Of a DNA stretch of 64,000 nucleotides, positions 19,849 to 29,396 are shown in pieces. Both the position numbers and the translations under genes were made by a program. A model generated the notes under the pieces. It was not told where the DNA came from. It saw only the letters and a program-made list of their open reading frames with translations, and did no database searches. The DNA lies in the IMG/VR virus record IMGVR_UViG_3300034415_000120; one strand, 5' to 3'. Source of the stretch: a virus. The first letter of the stretch is position 1. Each line of letters opens with the position of its first letter.

Positions 19849-20301
19849 ATGGAGAGATTAACACTTGAAAATGCTATTAAATACATTAAAGAAGTAGAGC
19901 GAAAGAACAGAATAAACAAAGAGAGAAACACCATCATTATTCCTAACAGTTTTATCGGTAGTAAAGATTGTGCGGATAAATACGGACAAGTTGCTAAATG
20001 GCTAGAAAAACTAAAAGACTATAATGACTTAGAAGAACAAGGATTGTTGTTGAAACTTCCAATACCATTAAACACTACTGTTTATACAATATATACAAAA
20101 CAATGGTGTTATTATGACGATAACTGTATGGAAGATATAGAATATAAATGTATGAATGGGGAGTTTTGCGAAAATCAAAAAGTAAGACACTATCTTCATA
20201 TTGAAAAATTCAGTGTTCCAATGATTAACTTTATAAATAAAACTGTATTTTTAACCCGTGAAGAAGCCGAAAATAGATTGAAGGAGTTAGAAAATGAATA
20301 A
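19849..20301 (+). CDS. hypothetical protein
   Basis: ORF with RBS AGAGGTGAAGTAGATG. Confidence 0.45.
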   Translation: MERLTLENAIKYIKEVERKNRINKERNTIIIPNSFIGSKDCADKYGQVAKWLEKLKDYNDLEEQGLLLKLPIPLNTTVYTIYTKQWCYYDDNCMEDIEYKCMNGEFCENQKVRHYLHIEKFSVPMINFINKTVFLTREEAENRLKELENE

Positions 20302-20509
20302 TGTGTATCTAGTAACAAGACAGAAAGATAATGTATTGGTTTCAGTTATAAGAAATAAATTAGATGATACTTATTCTTTTGTAAACTTGACAAAAGGGCA
20401 TATATGCACTTGTAAATTTAATACCATTGAAGATGCGGTAAAAGATATGCAGATTAAAAAAGAAAATGGTGAGATTATAGATTATTTTGAGGTGAAAAAT
20501 GATAAGTAA
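20294..20509 (+). CDS. hypothetical protein
   Basis: ORF. Confidence 0.4.
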   Translation: MNNVYLVTRQKDNVLVSVIRNKLDDTYSFVNLTKGHICTCKFNTIEDAVKDMQIKKENGEIIDYFEVKNDK

Positions 20510-20777
20510 TTTATTTGGAAGTTTATTCGAAGGAATTGGAATAATAACAAGTGTATTACTTGTTTATTCTGTTACTTTATTTCTTTATTCAAAATTTGAT
20601 ATTTGGCGTAAAAATAAATGTAAAATTAAATTGCTTTGTCGTCCACATGTGTATGAGATTAATTGGCTTTTTGAAGAAGATGGAGAATGTGAATTAAAAT
20701 GTAAAAAATGTGGTAAAACAAAACATATGTATATTGATGTAAAGTCATTTGAAAAATTTTTAATAAAGAGCAAATAG
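20499..20777 (+). CDS. membrane-anchored Zn-ribbon protein
   Basis: N-terminal TM (GIGIITSVLLVYSVTLFLY) plus CRPH...CKKCGK. Confidence 0.4.
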   Translation: MISNLFGSLFEGIGIITSVLLVYSVTLFLYSKFDIWRKNKCKIKLLCRPHVYEINWLFEEDGECELKCKKCGKTKHMYIDVKSFEKFLIKSK

Positions 20778-20788
20778 GGAGTTAGAAA

Positions 20789-21052
20789 ATGGATCGAAGA
20801 AATAGAAAGTATTATTTAGTGGAATTACCATATTGTCACAATGCATGTGTGAAAAAATTAAAAGAAATTAGAACTGTAAAAATTTCAAATCCTTATGATT
20901 TTGATAAAGATAAGGAATATGGATATGTAAATTGTTTAATTGGATTTTCCAATGATGTAGAAAATTCTGTTCTTACAGTTTTAAATTCAAAATGGGAATA
21001 TGGTTATAAAGCAAAGTATAGAGAAATTACTAAAGAAATGATTGGACATTAA
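20789..21052 (+). CDS. hypothetical protein
   Basis: ORF with RBS GGGAGTTAGAAAATG. Confidence 0.4.
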   Translation: MDRRNRKYYLVELPYCHNACVKKLKEIRTVKISNPYDFDKDKEYGYVNCLIGFSNDVENSVLTVLNSKWEYGYKAKYREITKEMIGH

Positions 21053-21097
21053 AGTTAAAACGGCAGTTTCAAGGACAAAAAATGAAAGGTGCGTAAA

Positions 21098-21604
21098 ATG
21101 AAAGTTGGAATAACAGGACACAGAAATCAAAGATTAGGTTTGCCAGAAGATGAAACAGATGAGAAATGGACTCCAATTCAGTTTTGGATTATAGACGAAT
21201 TGAGTAAATTTATAAAGACTTGTGCAGATAATAATGAACCACTTGATTTATATACAGGAATGGCTTCTGGGAGTGATATTGCATTTGCGATCGCAGGAGT
21301 GTTAATGCATTACATAAATAGCATTAAATTACACTGTATTCTTCCTTGTAAAGATTATAACTCAACACATAAATATTATAAATTTTTAAAGCTAAAAGCA
21401 ACTGAATGGGTTGAATTATCAGATAAATTTTATAAAGGCTGTGATAACGTAAGAGATCAATACATAGTTGATAAGTGTGATGTTTTGCTAGCAATTTGGG
21501 ATGGTAATAAGTCTGGTGGTGTTTGGTCTACCATTCGTAAAGCTCAAAAAGCAGGAAAGAGAATTATTTATTGTCCAAAAGAAGTACTTGAATTTCACAA
21601 CTGA
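21098..21604 (+). CDS. YpsA-like SLOG-family (DUF1273-like) protein, putative nucleotide-binding
   Basis: N-terminus MKVGITGHRNQRLGL, internal TGMASGSDIAFAIAG and DVLLAIWDGNKSGG resemble B. subtilis YpsA (MKVLAITGYKP.., ISGQLGVE.., DGLLLLYD..) as recalled from memory. ATG 21098 has the better RBS spacing. Confidence 0.4.
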   Translation: MKVGITGHRNQRLGLPEDETDEKWTPIQFWIIDELSKFIKTCADNNEPLDLYTGMASGSDIAFAIAGVLMHYINSIKLHCILPCKDYNSTHKYYKFLKLKATEWVELSDKFYKGCDNVRDQYIVDKCDVLLAIWDGNKSGGVWSTIRKAQKAGKRIIYCPKEVLEFHN

Positions 21605-21612
21605 AATTATTT

Positions 21613-21807
21613 ATGGAGAATAAGATGAGTGAAACAGTTAAAGCAAGGAATAGAAATACAATGAAAGAAGCAAAATCAAAAGCCGAAAGAATTGGATTTG
21701 TACCTTCTGCGTGTTTGGAATGTCTGATGTATCAAGCTGGATTAAGACCAGGTACAAATAATCATTGTAGTAAATGTGTCGATGGAATAGGTATATTTCG
21801 TGGATAA
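21613..21807 (+). CDS. small hypothetical protein
   Basis: ORF. Confidence 0.35.
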   Translation: MENKMSETVKARNRNTMKEAKSKAERIGFVPSACLECLMYQAGLRPGTNNHCSKCVDGIGIFRG

Positions 21808-21841
21808 AATGTTGTTTTCATGGATAAGAAAGGAAAAATCT

Positions 21842-22744
21842 ATGCCAATAAAAGATGATTTAGGAACTAGAATGAAAACTTTTTATGAGGAAATTCCAAA
21901 AACAAAACTTATGCGCCGCTGCCCAGTTGCTATCAGAATTGACGGAAAATCATTTCATACATTTACAAGAAAATTTGAGAAGCCATTTGATGAAGTTTTA
22001 ATTGAATCTATGCAGAAAACAATGAAATATCTTTGTGAAAATATTCAAGGATGTGTATTGGGATATACCCAGTCTGATGAGATTACATTGATTCTTGTTG
22101 ATTATAAGAAATTAAATTCTTCTGCATGGTTTGATTATGAAGTTCAGAAAATGACTTCTATATCAGCTTCTATGGCAACACTAGCCTTCAATGATTTTTT
22201 TAAAAAAGGTATAACAAAAGAAAATAGTGCCTTTACTGATGAATGGTTGGACAATGGAGATTTTAATCCAAAATATAAAGATGAAGAATTAAATAAATTA
22301 TGGATAACTCATAAAAGAGCATCCGAAAAAGGTGCAATGTTTGACGCACGTTGCTTTAATATTCCGAAAGAAGAAGTCACAAATCTTATTTACTGGCGAC
22401 AATTAGACGCTTCTCGTAATTCAATTCAAATGGTAGGTCGAGCTAATTTTTCTCATAAAGAACTTCAAAATAAATCATGCAACCAGATTCAAGATATGTT
22501 AATGGAACAGAAAGGTATTAACTGGAACGATCTTCCTATATATCAAAAAAGAGGAAGTTGTTGTATTAAAATTAAAGATAAAATTGATGAAGTGATGGTA
22601 AACGAACAACAAGAATTTGGAGAAGATAAGGTAACAAAGATAGTTTCCATAGAAAAGAGTCATTGGATCATTGATAAAGAAATTCCTATTTTTAAAGGTG
22701 ATAATAGAAAATATATTGATAAGTTGATTAATGTAGGAGAATAA
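21842..22744 (+). CDS. Thg1-like protein (tRNA-His guanylyltransferase family, 3'-5' nucleotidyltransferase)
   Basis: VAIRIDGKSFHTFTRKFEKPFDE matches the Thg1 motif ([24 protein letters not shown]). CVLGYTQSDEITLIL matches IVIAYGQSDEYSFVF. LIYWRQLDASRNS matches YLSWRQADCHINN. Both catalytic Asp are present. The alternative start at 21800 is less favoured; an RBS precedes 21842. Confidence 0.8.
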   Translation: MPIKDDLGTRMKTFYEEIPKTKLMRRCPVAIRIDGKSFHTFTRKFEKPFDEVLIESMQKTMKYLCENIQGCVLGYTQSDEITLILVDYKKLNSSAWFDYEVQKMTSISASMATLAFNDFFKKGITKENSAFTDEWLDNGDFNPKYKDEELNKLWITHKRASEKGAMFDARCFNIPKEEVTNLIYWRQLDASRNSIQMVGRANFSHKELQNKSCNQIQDMLMEQKGINWNDLPIYQKRGSCCIKIKDKIDEVMVNEQQEFGEDKVTKIVSIEKSHWIIDKEIPIFKGDNRKYIDKLINVGE

Positions 22745-23010
22745 AATCTTATGACAGAACAAGAAATGATTGAATATTTAAAATCAACAGGATTATACGA
22801 ATAACATGAAGATTTCTTTTATGAACAAGAAATGATAAATACAAATAAAACAGTTCCAATTAGTGATCTTATTGAAAGATTTATTGAAATTGATAAAGAA
22901 TTTGAAGGAATGCCCTGGAATATATTACAAATTCTTACAAATATCAATATGATTATTCCTGTTGAGGATAGAAAATAACATTGAAATGCGTCTTTCATGA
23001 GGTGAGAAAT

Positions 23011-23307
23011 ATGTTTGAATTAGAATTATTTGATAAAATTCCAATGTCTGTTTATAAATTAATTTATGAACAAACTTTTGAACCACAAAGATTACAAAGT
23101 GAAGATGATTTATATTTTAAACATGGAATATCTGATCCAAATAGTTGCGATTATCATATGATGGATTTTGAAACAACTGAAATTTTAGGTGCATTTATGG
23201 ATTTACGTCAGGTATCTCCAAATCAATTAAAGAGGATATTAATTTTAGGCTATTTATTTAATATGGTTTTTGGTAGATATTATACGGATAAAAATGAGGA
23301 GCATTAG
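23011..23307 (+). CDS. hypothetical protein
   Basis: The ORF-track TTG start at 22981 lies inside the regulatory palindrome; ATG 23011 follows RBS GAGGTGAGAAATATG. Confidence 0.45.
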   Translation: MFELELFDKIPMSVYKLIYEQTFEPQRLQSEDDLYFKHGISDPNSCDYHMMDFETTEILGAFMDLRQVSPNQLKRILILGYLFNMVFGRYYTDKNEEH

Positions 23308-23310
23308 AAT

Positions 23311-23667
23311 ATGAGTGAGTATGTAAATTATAGAGGTAAACTAAAATTAATTCACAAAAAAGAAAATGAAACATATGGTGATTTTTGTAAAAGAGTTGCA
23401 TTAACTTGTCCTGGTTGTGATGAGAATTTGCCGAGTTATTATGACACATGGGAAGAATATCTTATATATGAATTTTATGATTATTATGTCGTTGTTGGTG
23501 AAAATGTGTATAGGATTATGTCAAAACAACAAATTGATTATGATGAGTCCACTTTTGATCTGACAAAGTTACAGGATGGAGAATATAAATACAATGTTAG
23601 ATATTACAACGGTGGATGTTGTTTTAGTGAAGCTATTCAATATGCGTTTAAAGAAAATGAGGAATAA
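23311..23667 (+). CDS. hypothetical protein (Cys-containing)
   Basis: ORF. Confidence 0.45.
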   Translation: MSEYVNYRGKLKLIHKKENETYGDFCKRVALTCPGCDENLPSYYDTWEEYLIYEFYDYYVVVGENVYRIMSKQQIDYDESTFDLTKLQDGEYKYNVRYYNGGCCFSEAIQYAFKENEE

Positions 23668-23723
23668 TAAATGGATGGATTTACAGTAATTGTAGAAATA
23701 TTATTTATGCTGTTACTTAGTGG

Positions 23724-24005
23724 GTGCGTATTAATTGGAAGGAACAAATAATGAGGTTAATAGATGCTGGTGAGTTAAAAGAACGATTTTGTGAAGAAAC
23801 CTGTGGTAAGAACAGATGCGTTGGTTACATGGATAAATGTGCATGGATTTTATCAGTAGAAGAAAGTAAAACTGCTTTCGATGCGGAAAAAGTTACGGAA
23901 TCGCTTATGAACAGATTTCGTGTTGTTTCCAATGATGATGACTTAGAGTGGAATAGAGCTATAGATTATGCTATTAAAATCTTAGAAGGTGGTGGAATTG
24001 AATGA
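23724..24005 (+). CDS. hypothetical protein
   Basis: ORF. Confidence 0.4.
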   Translation: MRINWKEQIMRLIDAGELKERFCEETCGKNRCVGYMDKCAWILSVEESKTAFDAEKVTESLMNRFRVVSNDDDLEWNRAIDYAIKILEGGGIE

Positions 24006-24451
24006 GAGAGATTCTTTTTAAGGCAAAACGAATTGATAACGGAGAATGGGTAGAAGGATATCTTTTTGACAATGGATTTGACGGAGAAGAGAAAAAGTAT
24101 TTCGTAGGTGGTTTAGTTATTGAAAAATACAATGGAACTGCTTGTGATGAGTGGGATATTACAGGAATTGATTTTTGTGAGATTGATCCAGAAACCCTCT
24201 GCCAGTTCACAGGGGAGACTGACAAGAACGGTAAGAGGATCTGGGAGAGCGATGTTGTTTGGCTTGTTTATGATGGGAAAGAACATATTTATCAGATAGT
24301 TTGGGATAACTCTGAATTAGATTTTAAAGCGACCAATGGTGAAGAAAATTACGGATCGAATTTTGAATATTTACTATGTTGCGATGAAATTGAAGTGATT
24401 GGAAACATTTTTGATAATCCAGAATTATTACAGGAGGAATCAAATGAGTAA
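24002..24451 (+). CDS. YopX-family phage protein
   Basis: N-terminus MREILFKAKRIDNGEWVEGYL is the characteristic YopX start (MREIKFRAW....GEWVYG). Confidence 0.6.
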   Translation: MREILFKAKRIDNGEWVEGYLFDNGFDGEEKKYFVGGLVIEKYNGTACDEWDITGIDFCEIDPETLCQFTGETDKNGKRIWESDVVWLVYDGKEHIYQIVWDNSELDFKATNGEENYGSNFEYLLCCDEIEVIGNIFDNPELLQEESNE

Positions 24452-24595
24452 AGGAAAAGACATTTCCACTATGTTCACAAGAGAGGAAAACAAAAAGAAT
24501 GGAAGACTCGGATATGGACTGGCTACCAGAGAAAAAGATACTATCATTAGTCCTGCACAATATGGAGCATTCTTGCAGAAAAGAGGTAAGAGAAG

Positions 24596-24898
24596 ATGAG
24601 CAAATCAGTATTAGTGATTGATACACCAGAGAATTGCTTAGATTGTCAATTCTGTTATGAATTAGATGAAGGTGTCGAAGCATGTTGTTCAATCTCAGAT
24701 GATGATGAAGACGCAAGTCTCATGAAGAAAATTGATTGTGAATATGGATATTGTCAAGGTAAGCCTGATTGGTGTCCGCTTATGGACTTGCCGGAGAAGG
24801 ATGATTTTGATGATTTGTATGACGAATATTATACTGGGTATCATGACGGTTGGAATAGATGTTTAAAAGAAATTACAAGTCAAGGGAAAGATAATTAA
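24596..24898 (+). CDS. Cys-rich hypothetical protein
   Basis: ORF with CLDCQFCYELDEGVEACC. Confidence 0.45.
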   Translation: MSKSVLVIDTPENCLDCQFCYELDEGVEACCSISDDDEDASLMKKIDCEYGYCQGKPDWCPLMDLPEKDDFDDLYDEYYTGYHDGWNRCLKEITSQGKDN

Positions 24899-24902
24899 CA
24901 GT

Positions 24903-24918
24903 TGAAAGTAAACTTTCA
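24903..24918. promoter_or_regulatory. TGAAA-N6-TTTCA palindromic motif (extended to GTTGAAAG-N4-CTTTCAAC)
   Basis: One of at least 12 occurrences: 4357-4372, 9807-9822, 13822-13837, 18477-18492, 22982-22997, 24903-24918, 27876-27891, 32591-32606, 36094-36109, 38726-38741, 51964-51979, 53546-53561. Imperfect TAAAA variants at 17872, 21055, 29399 and 34231. Confidence 0.5.
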
Positions 24919-24985
24919 ACTAAGTTCTTAGAGTATTTCTGCTCAAACTTTCCAATGATTTATAATTGAATAGAGGTGAAATTAA

Positions 24986-25408
24986 ATGACAATGATAAGT
25001 GTAGAACCTGCAATATGTAAGAAATGCGGTACAAAACAACCATATACAGTTGTACACAGTTGGAATAAATTAATTGATCCAATATATCCTGCAAATAACA
25101 TCTGTAAAAATTGTGGTGAGAAATTGACATCTGATGATATTGATATGAATAAATGTAGTCCAGATCATAGATTATGGACAAGAGGTGTAAAAATATACAA
25201 TTATTGGATGGACAATTGTTTAACTAGAGAAGAATATGATAAATACGATTTTGAACATGATTTGGATAAAATACAAAGAAAAGTAGAAAATGAGATGGTT
25301 TCACTAGGATTAATTCCAAGTATGCAAGAAGAAATCAAATATAAGAAAAAATATTATGAATGCCTAGAAAACAAGTATAGGAATAAAGGTGATAGCAATG
25401 ATACATAA
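24986..25408 (+). CDS. double Zn-ribbon protein
   Basis: CKKCGT...CKNCGEK. Confidence 0.45.
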   Translation: MTMISVEPAICKKCGTKQPYTVVHSWNKLIDPIYPANNICKNCGEKLTSDDIDMNKCSPDHRLWTRGVKIYNYWMDNCLTREEYDKYDFEHDLDKIQRKVENEMVSLGLIPSMQEEIKYKKKYYECLENKYRNKGDSNDT

Positions 25409-25577
25409 ATCAAAAAGATATACAAATACATGGTGGAGTTTATGCAATAACTATGAAGATTACATTAATTTCGCAAAAGAAATGTACAAATGGAAAGGTG
25501 AAGATGCCATATTTGGAGGTGATCAATTCCAAACAGAAGATTCATTATTTGATAGAAATGTGAACGCATACTTGTGA
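25389..25577 (+). CDS. small hypothetical protein
   Basis: ORF. Confidence 0.35.
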   Translation: MIAMIHKSKRYTNTWWSLCNNYEDYINFAKEMYKWKGEDAIFGGDQFQTEDSLFDRNVNAYL

Positions 25578-25636
25578 CTTTAGCCATGAGTTAGTGAACG
25601 AAAATATAGAGAATTATATAGAAAAGAGGTGAAATT

Positions 25637-26758
25637 GTGGAAAGAGCATTTAAGTATAGAATTTATCCAACAAAGAAACAACAAAAGTTAATTCAGAAAA
25701 CATTTGGATGTTGTCGATTTGTATATAATTATTATCTCAATATGAGGAAAGAATCATATGAAAAAGATAAAATATCTGTAACTTATAATATGTGTTCAAA
25801 AGATATGACAAGTTTGAAGAAACAATTGGAATGGTTGAAAGAACCAGATAAAGACGCTTTGCAAAAATCATTGAAAGATTTAGATATGGCATATCAGAAG
25901 TTCTTTAAAGAACATACAGGATATCCAAAATTCAAATCTAAAAAGACCAGATATAAGTCTTATAGAACTAGCTGTACAAATAACAATATCAGATATGATA
26001 ACAGAAAGATCAAACTTCCAAAAATCGGATGGATTAAAACCAAGGATAAACAAATTCCACAAGGTAAAATATTGAATGCTACAATTTCACAAGAACCAAA
26101 TGGACATTATTACTGTTCATTATGTTGTTCTGATGTAGAATTTCTACAATTCACAAAAACAGATAAAAATATTGGTATTGACTTAGGAATCTGTGATTTT
26201 GCAATATTTTCTGATGGAACGAAAATTGAGAATCCAAGATTTTATGAAAAATCAGAAAACAAACTCGTTAAATTACAACGTGAATTATCAAGAAAAACAA
26301 TTGGTAGTAATCGTTGGGATAAAGCAAGAATTAAAGTTGCAAATTTACAAAAACATATTTCAAATCAACGTAAAGATTTTTTACAAAAATTAACCACAGA
26401 TATTGTAAAGAATTACGATGTGATCTGCATTGAGGATTTAGATATTATATCTATGAAAGAAACAGATTCTACTATTCGTAATAAACGAGTTGGTGATGTT
26501 TCATGGTCAGAGTTCAGAAGAATGCTTACATATAAAACTCAATGGTATGGAAAAGAATTATCTGTCATAGGTAGATTCTATCCATCTTCTCAGATTTGTC
26601 ATATTTGTGGAAATAAGGATGGGAGAAAATCAGAAGATATTAGATTCTGGACTTGTCCTAATTGTAAATCTGAATTAGACAGAGATATAAACGCAGCAAT
26701 AAATATTCTCAATGAAGGTTTGAGAATAAGAACCGTAGGAACTACGGGGATAGCCTAG
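25637..26758 (+). CDS. tnpB: TnpB (IS200/IS605 OrfB family RNA-guided endonuclease), apparently intact
   Basis: N-terminus MERAFKYRIYPTKKQQKLIQKTFGCCRFVYNYYL. RuvC-I GIDLGI; RuvC-II CIEDLDI; Zn finger CHICGN...CPNCKS; RuvC-III DRDINAAINIL. Confidence 0.85.
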   Translation: MERAFKYRIYPTKKQQKLIQKTFGCCRFVYNYYLNMRKESYEKDKISVTYNMCSKDMTSLKKQLEWLKEPDKDALQKSLKDLDMAYQKFFKEHTGYPKFKSKKTRYKSYRTSCTNNNIRYDNRKIKLPKIGWIKTKDKQIPQGKILNATISQEPNGHYYCSLCCSDVEFLQFTKTDKNIGIDLGICDFAIFSDGTKIENPRFYEKSENKLVKLQRELSRKTIGSNRWDKARIKVANLQKHISNQRKDFLQKLTTDIVKNYDVICIEDLDIISMKETDSTIRNKRVGDVSWSEFRRMLTYKTQWYGKELSVIGRFYPSSQICHICGNKDGRKSEDIRFWTCPNCKSELDRDINAAINILNEGLRIRTVGTTGIA

Positions 26759-26821
26759 TGATACTTAACACGTTGGTGTTATTGACTAGGAATCTCGTCA
26801 CTTTAGCGATTAGAGGTTCAA
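26600..26821 (+). ncRNA. putative omegaRNA (reRNA) region of the TnpB element: tnpB 3' end plus the 63-nt downstream spacer
   Basis: By analogy with IS605/IS1341 TnpB systems, where the guide RNA scaffold overlaps the tnpB 3' end. No secondary structure was verified. Confidence 0.3.
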
Positions 26822-27040
26822 ATGTCATTGAATACAGCTTTATATGAATGGTATGAAAAAGACATAAATAAGGAACTAGATACTTCTGATGGTGCAATTA
26901 GGAAATATATTGATGATTTAAAAGATCAAAAGGATATGCAAGTTAATAGGGTATATGAAAAATATCAAGCAGAATTAAGGAGAGTAGAAGAAAAGAATCT
27001 ATGGATGAAACAATTTTTAGATAGTTTGGAGAATATGTAG
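26822..27040 (+). CDS. hypothetical protein
   Basis: ORF. Confidence 0.4.
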   Translation: MSLNTALYEWYEKDINKELDTSDGAIRKYIDDLKDQKDMQVNRVYEKYQAELRRVEEKNLWMKQFLDSLENM

Positions 27041-27075
27041 GTATATGAAACAAACGATTCAAGGCAGGTGAATAA

Positions 27076-27345
27076 ATGTCAATAGAGGAAATTATTAGTA
27101 TATCTTGGTTTTTAATCGGGTTAATAACAGGAACTATAATGATATTATTAGATATGCAAGGGGAAGAATTTGATGAAGATTATTTCTCATCGGAAATTAT
27201 AATATTTTATCTTGGTTCGATATTACTGGGATATATTACTACATTTATTTTTATTGGTATTTGTATATACAATCATAGACCATTTACAAAATTTATGTAT
27301 TGGTTGGCAAATATCGGAGTTAAGAAAGATGGTGATAATAAATGA
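27076..27345 (+). CDS. small membrane protein (2 TM)
   Basis: Hydrophobic segments. Confidence 0.45.
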   Translation: MSIEEIISISWFLIGLITGTIMILLDMQGEEFDEDYFSSEIIIFYLGSILLGYITTFIFIGICIYNHRPFTKFMYWLANIGVKKDGDNK

Positions 27346-27423
27346 CATTATTAGAGTTATGGAAAACATTGGATAAATTACCTACGATTATCCTTAAAAG
27401 TACAAATGCTATAGTTCTTACAA

Positions 27424-27666
27424 GTGAAGGAGAATTTGAAATTGGAAATATTGAGTACAAAAATAATCAGATTAAAGTGGCATGATCGAGAAGATTACCC
27501 AGAAGAGAATAAATGGATTATTGTAAAAGATAAAGATGGTAGAGAATTTAAATACCATCAATGGACAGGATATTGTTATTATGCTTATGTGCTAGACGCT
27601 GATGGATGTGATGGGTGGCGCAGCGATATAGATATTGTAGCCTGGCGATATGATTATTCAATTTAA
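27424..27666 (+). CDS. hypothetical protein
   Basis: ORF. Confidence 0.4.
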   Translation: MKENLKLEILSTKIIRLKWHDREDYPEENKWIIVKDKDGREFKYHQWTGYCYYAYVLDADGCDGWRSDIDIVAWRYDYSI

Positions 27667-27686
27667 CAAAAAGGAGAAGATGAGAT

Positions 27687-27878
27687 ATGAAAACAATCTA
27701 TGAATTAAACGAAAATGATATTGTAAAAATTGTAGCAGATAAATTTGATATTGATACAGAATGCGTTCATGCAAGCTATGATAATGTAACAACTGGTTAT
27801 GGTGTCGCAGAAACTACGAAACCAACTATTAAGATCCAAATTACAATGGATAAAGAAATAGATGAAGTGTGGTTTTGA
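27687..27878 (+). CDS. hypothetical protein
   Basis: ORF with RBS AAAGGAGAAGATGAGATATG. Confidence 0.4.
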   Translation: MKTIYELNENDIVKIVADKFDIDTECVHASYDNVTTGYGVAETTKPTIKIQITMDKEIDEVWF

Positions 27879-27903
27879 AATCTCGATTTCATGGAGGTAA
27901 AAT

Positions 27904-28293
27904 ATGAATATTGCATATAAAATATTTATCTTATTTACTATGATTTTCTGCCACATTGTAGATGATTATTATTTACAAGGATGGTTGGCATCCGCTAAAC
28001 AAAAATCATGGTGGGAAAAGAACGCACCAGAGAAATTATATAAATATGATTACCTAGCAGCGTTATTTATGCATAGCTTTAGTTGGTCATTTATGATTAT
28101 GTTACCACCAACAATTGCTCTTATGGTAATTGGTGGAATATGGAAACCTGTATTATTAATTGTTAATTTATTGATACATATGTTTGTAGACAATTTGAAA
28201 GCTAATGAAAAGAAAATTAATTTAATTCAAGACCAAATGATCCACATTATTCAGGTTATTGTTACATGGTGGGTTTTAATTGGAATATTATGA
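27904..28293 (+). CDS. membrane protein (3-4 TM)
   Basis: Hydrophobic segments; RBS GGAGGTAAAATATG. Confidence 0.5.
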   Translation: MNIAYKIFILFTMIFCHIVDDYYLQGWLASAKQKSWWEKNAPEKLYKYDYLAALFMHSFSWSFMIMLPPTIALMVIGGIWKPVLLIVNLLIHMFVDNLKANEKKINLIQDQMIHIIQVIVTWWVLIGIL

Positions 28294-28306
28294 TGGGTGA
28301 TATTTT

Positions 28307-28660
28307 ATGAATAAAAGAGTACATAAAAAGCGGTTAAAGAAACAAGGATTGTATATAAATCCAAAAGAAACATGGAATCTAGATTGTAATATTGCAAAAT
28401 ATGTTCTTCCAAGATTAAAGATGTATAAGAAATTAACCATTGCTTATCCTGGATATGGCGAAGCGAATACACCTGAGAAATGGGATGCTCTATTGGATAA
28501 AATGATTTGGTCATTCGAGCAAGTTGCTAATGATTATGAGATATATGTGTCTATAAATTTTAAGGATTCCGATTGGATGGATAAATACAATGAATTGAAT
28601 GATAAGATTCAAGAAGGATTGACATTATTTGCAAAATGGTTTCGGTATTTAGGGTGGTGA
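28307..28660 (+). CDS. hypothetical protein
   Basis: ORF. Confidence 0.45.
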   Translation: MNKRVHKKRLKKQGLYINPKETWNLDCNIAKYVLPRLKMYKKLTIAYPGYGEANTPEKWDALLDKMIWSFEQVANDYEIYVSINFKDSDWMDKYNELNDKIQEGLTLFAKWFRYLGW

Positions 28661-28664
28661 GAAA

Positions 28665-29120
28665 ATGAAAGAGATTTTAGGTAATAACCTTGAGCAATTC
28701 TTTTTTGTACTGGATTATCCAAAAGAATATGGAGCAGTATGTACATACAAAAGTAATAGATATGAAGTTTGGTTAATGGATGATGAAATATTTAATATGA
28801 TTTCAAATATGTCAGAAGAAGATTTTGTTAAATTTGCTGGTGAAGATGCTTGGTGGAGAAGTAGTAGTGGTAGTGTATTATATTCACTTGATAAAGGAGA
28901 AGTAACAATCAATAATCATAAAATGATTGGATGGATTAGAAAACCTTGGGATGAAGAAATATCAACAGATATTAAATATTCATCATTAACAGAATATTTA
29001 TGTGAATTTATTGGAGCTTCTACACCTCATAATGTTGTAGCTTGCGCAATGGATTTGGCTAAATTTAATCATTTGATAATGGGCGGATTGTTTAAAAAAT
29101 ATGAACCAGTGGAGGATTAA
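28665..29120 (+). CDS. hypothetical protein
   Basis: ORF. Confidence 0.45.
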   Translation: MKEILGNNLEQFFFVLDYPKEYGAVCTYKSNRYEVWLMDDEIFNMISNMSEEDFVKFAGEDAWWRSSSGSVLYSLDKGEVTINNHKMIGWIRKPWDEEISTDIKYSSLTEYLCEFIGASTPHNVVACAMDLAKFNHLIMGGLFKKYEPVED

Positions 29121-29126
29121 AAATTT

Positions 29127-29396
29127 ATGATTATTACAGGAATGAATCACTTTCAGAAAGTATGTTTAAAGAAATTAGTAGAATGGTATTATGAAAATTA
29201 TCCAGAAGATGAAGTTGATTTGAATGATGTATTTATTGTTTGGTCATGTAAGACTCTACAAAACTATAAATGTCTTGCTTCTACTACGGTTTCTGGTGAT
29301 GGTATTTATGCTGAATATACATACAATGGTGATAAGCAGGAACTTTATGAAGATGTGTATAAGAAAGTGACAAATACTTGTATTACTGAGGAATAA
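29127..29396 (+). CDS. hypothetical protein
   Basis: ORF. Confidence 0.4.
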   Translation: MIITGMNHFQKVCLKKLVEWYYENYPEDEVDLNDVFIVWSCKTLQNYKCLASTTVSGDGIYAEYTYNGDKQELYEDVYKKVTNTCITEE

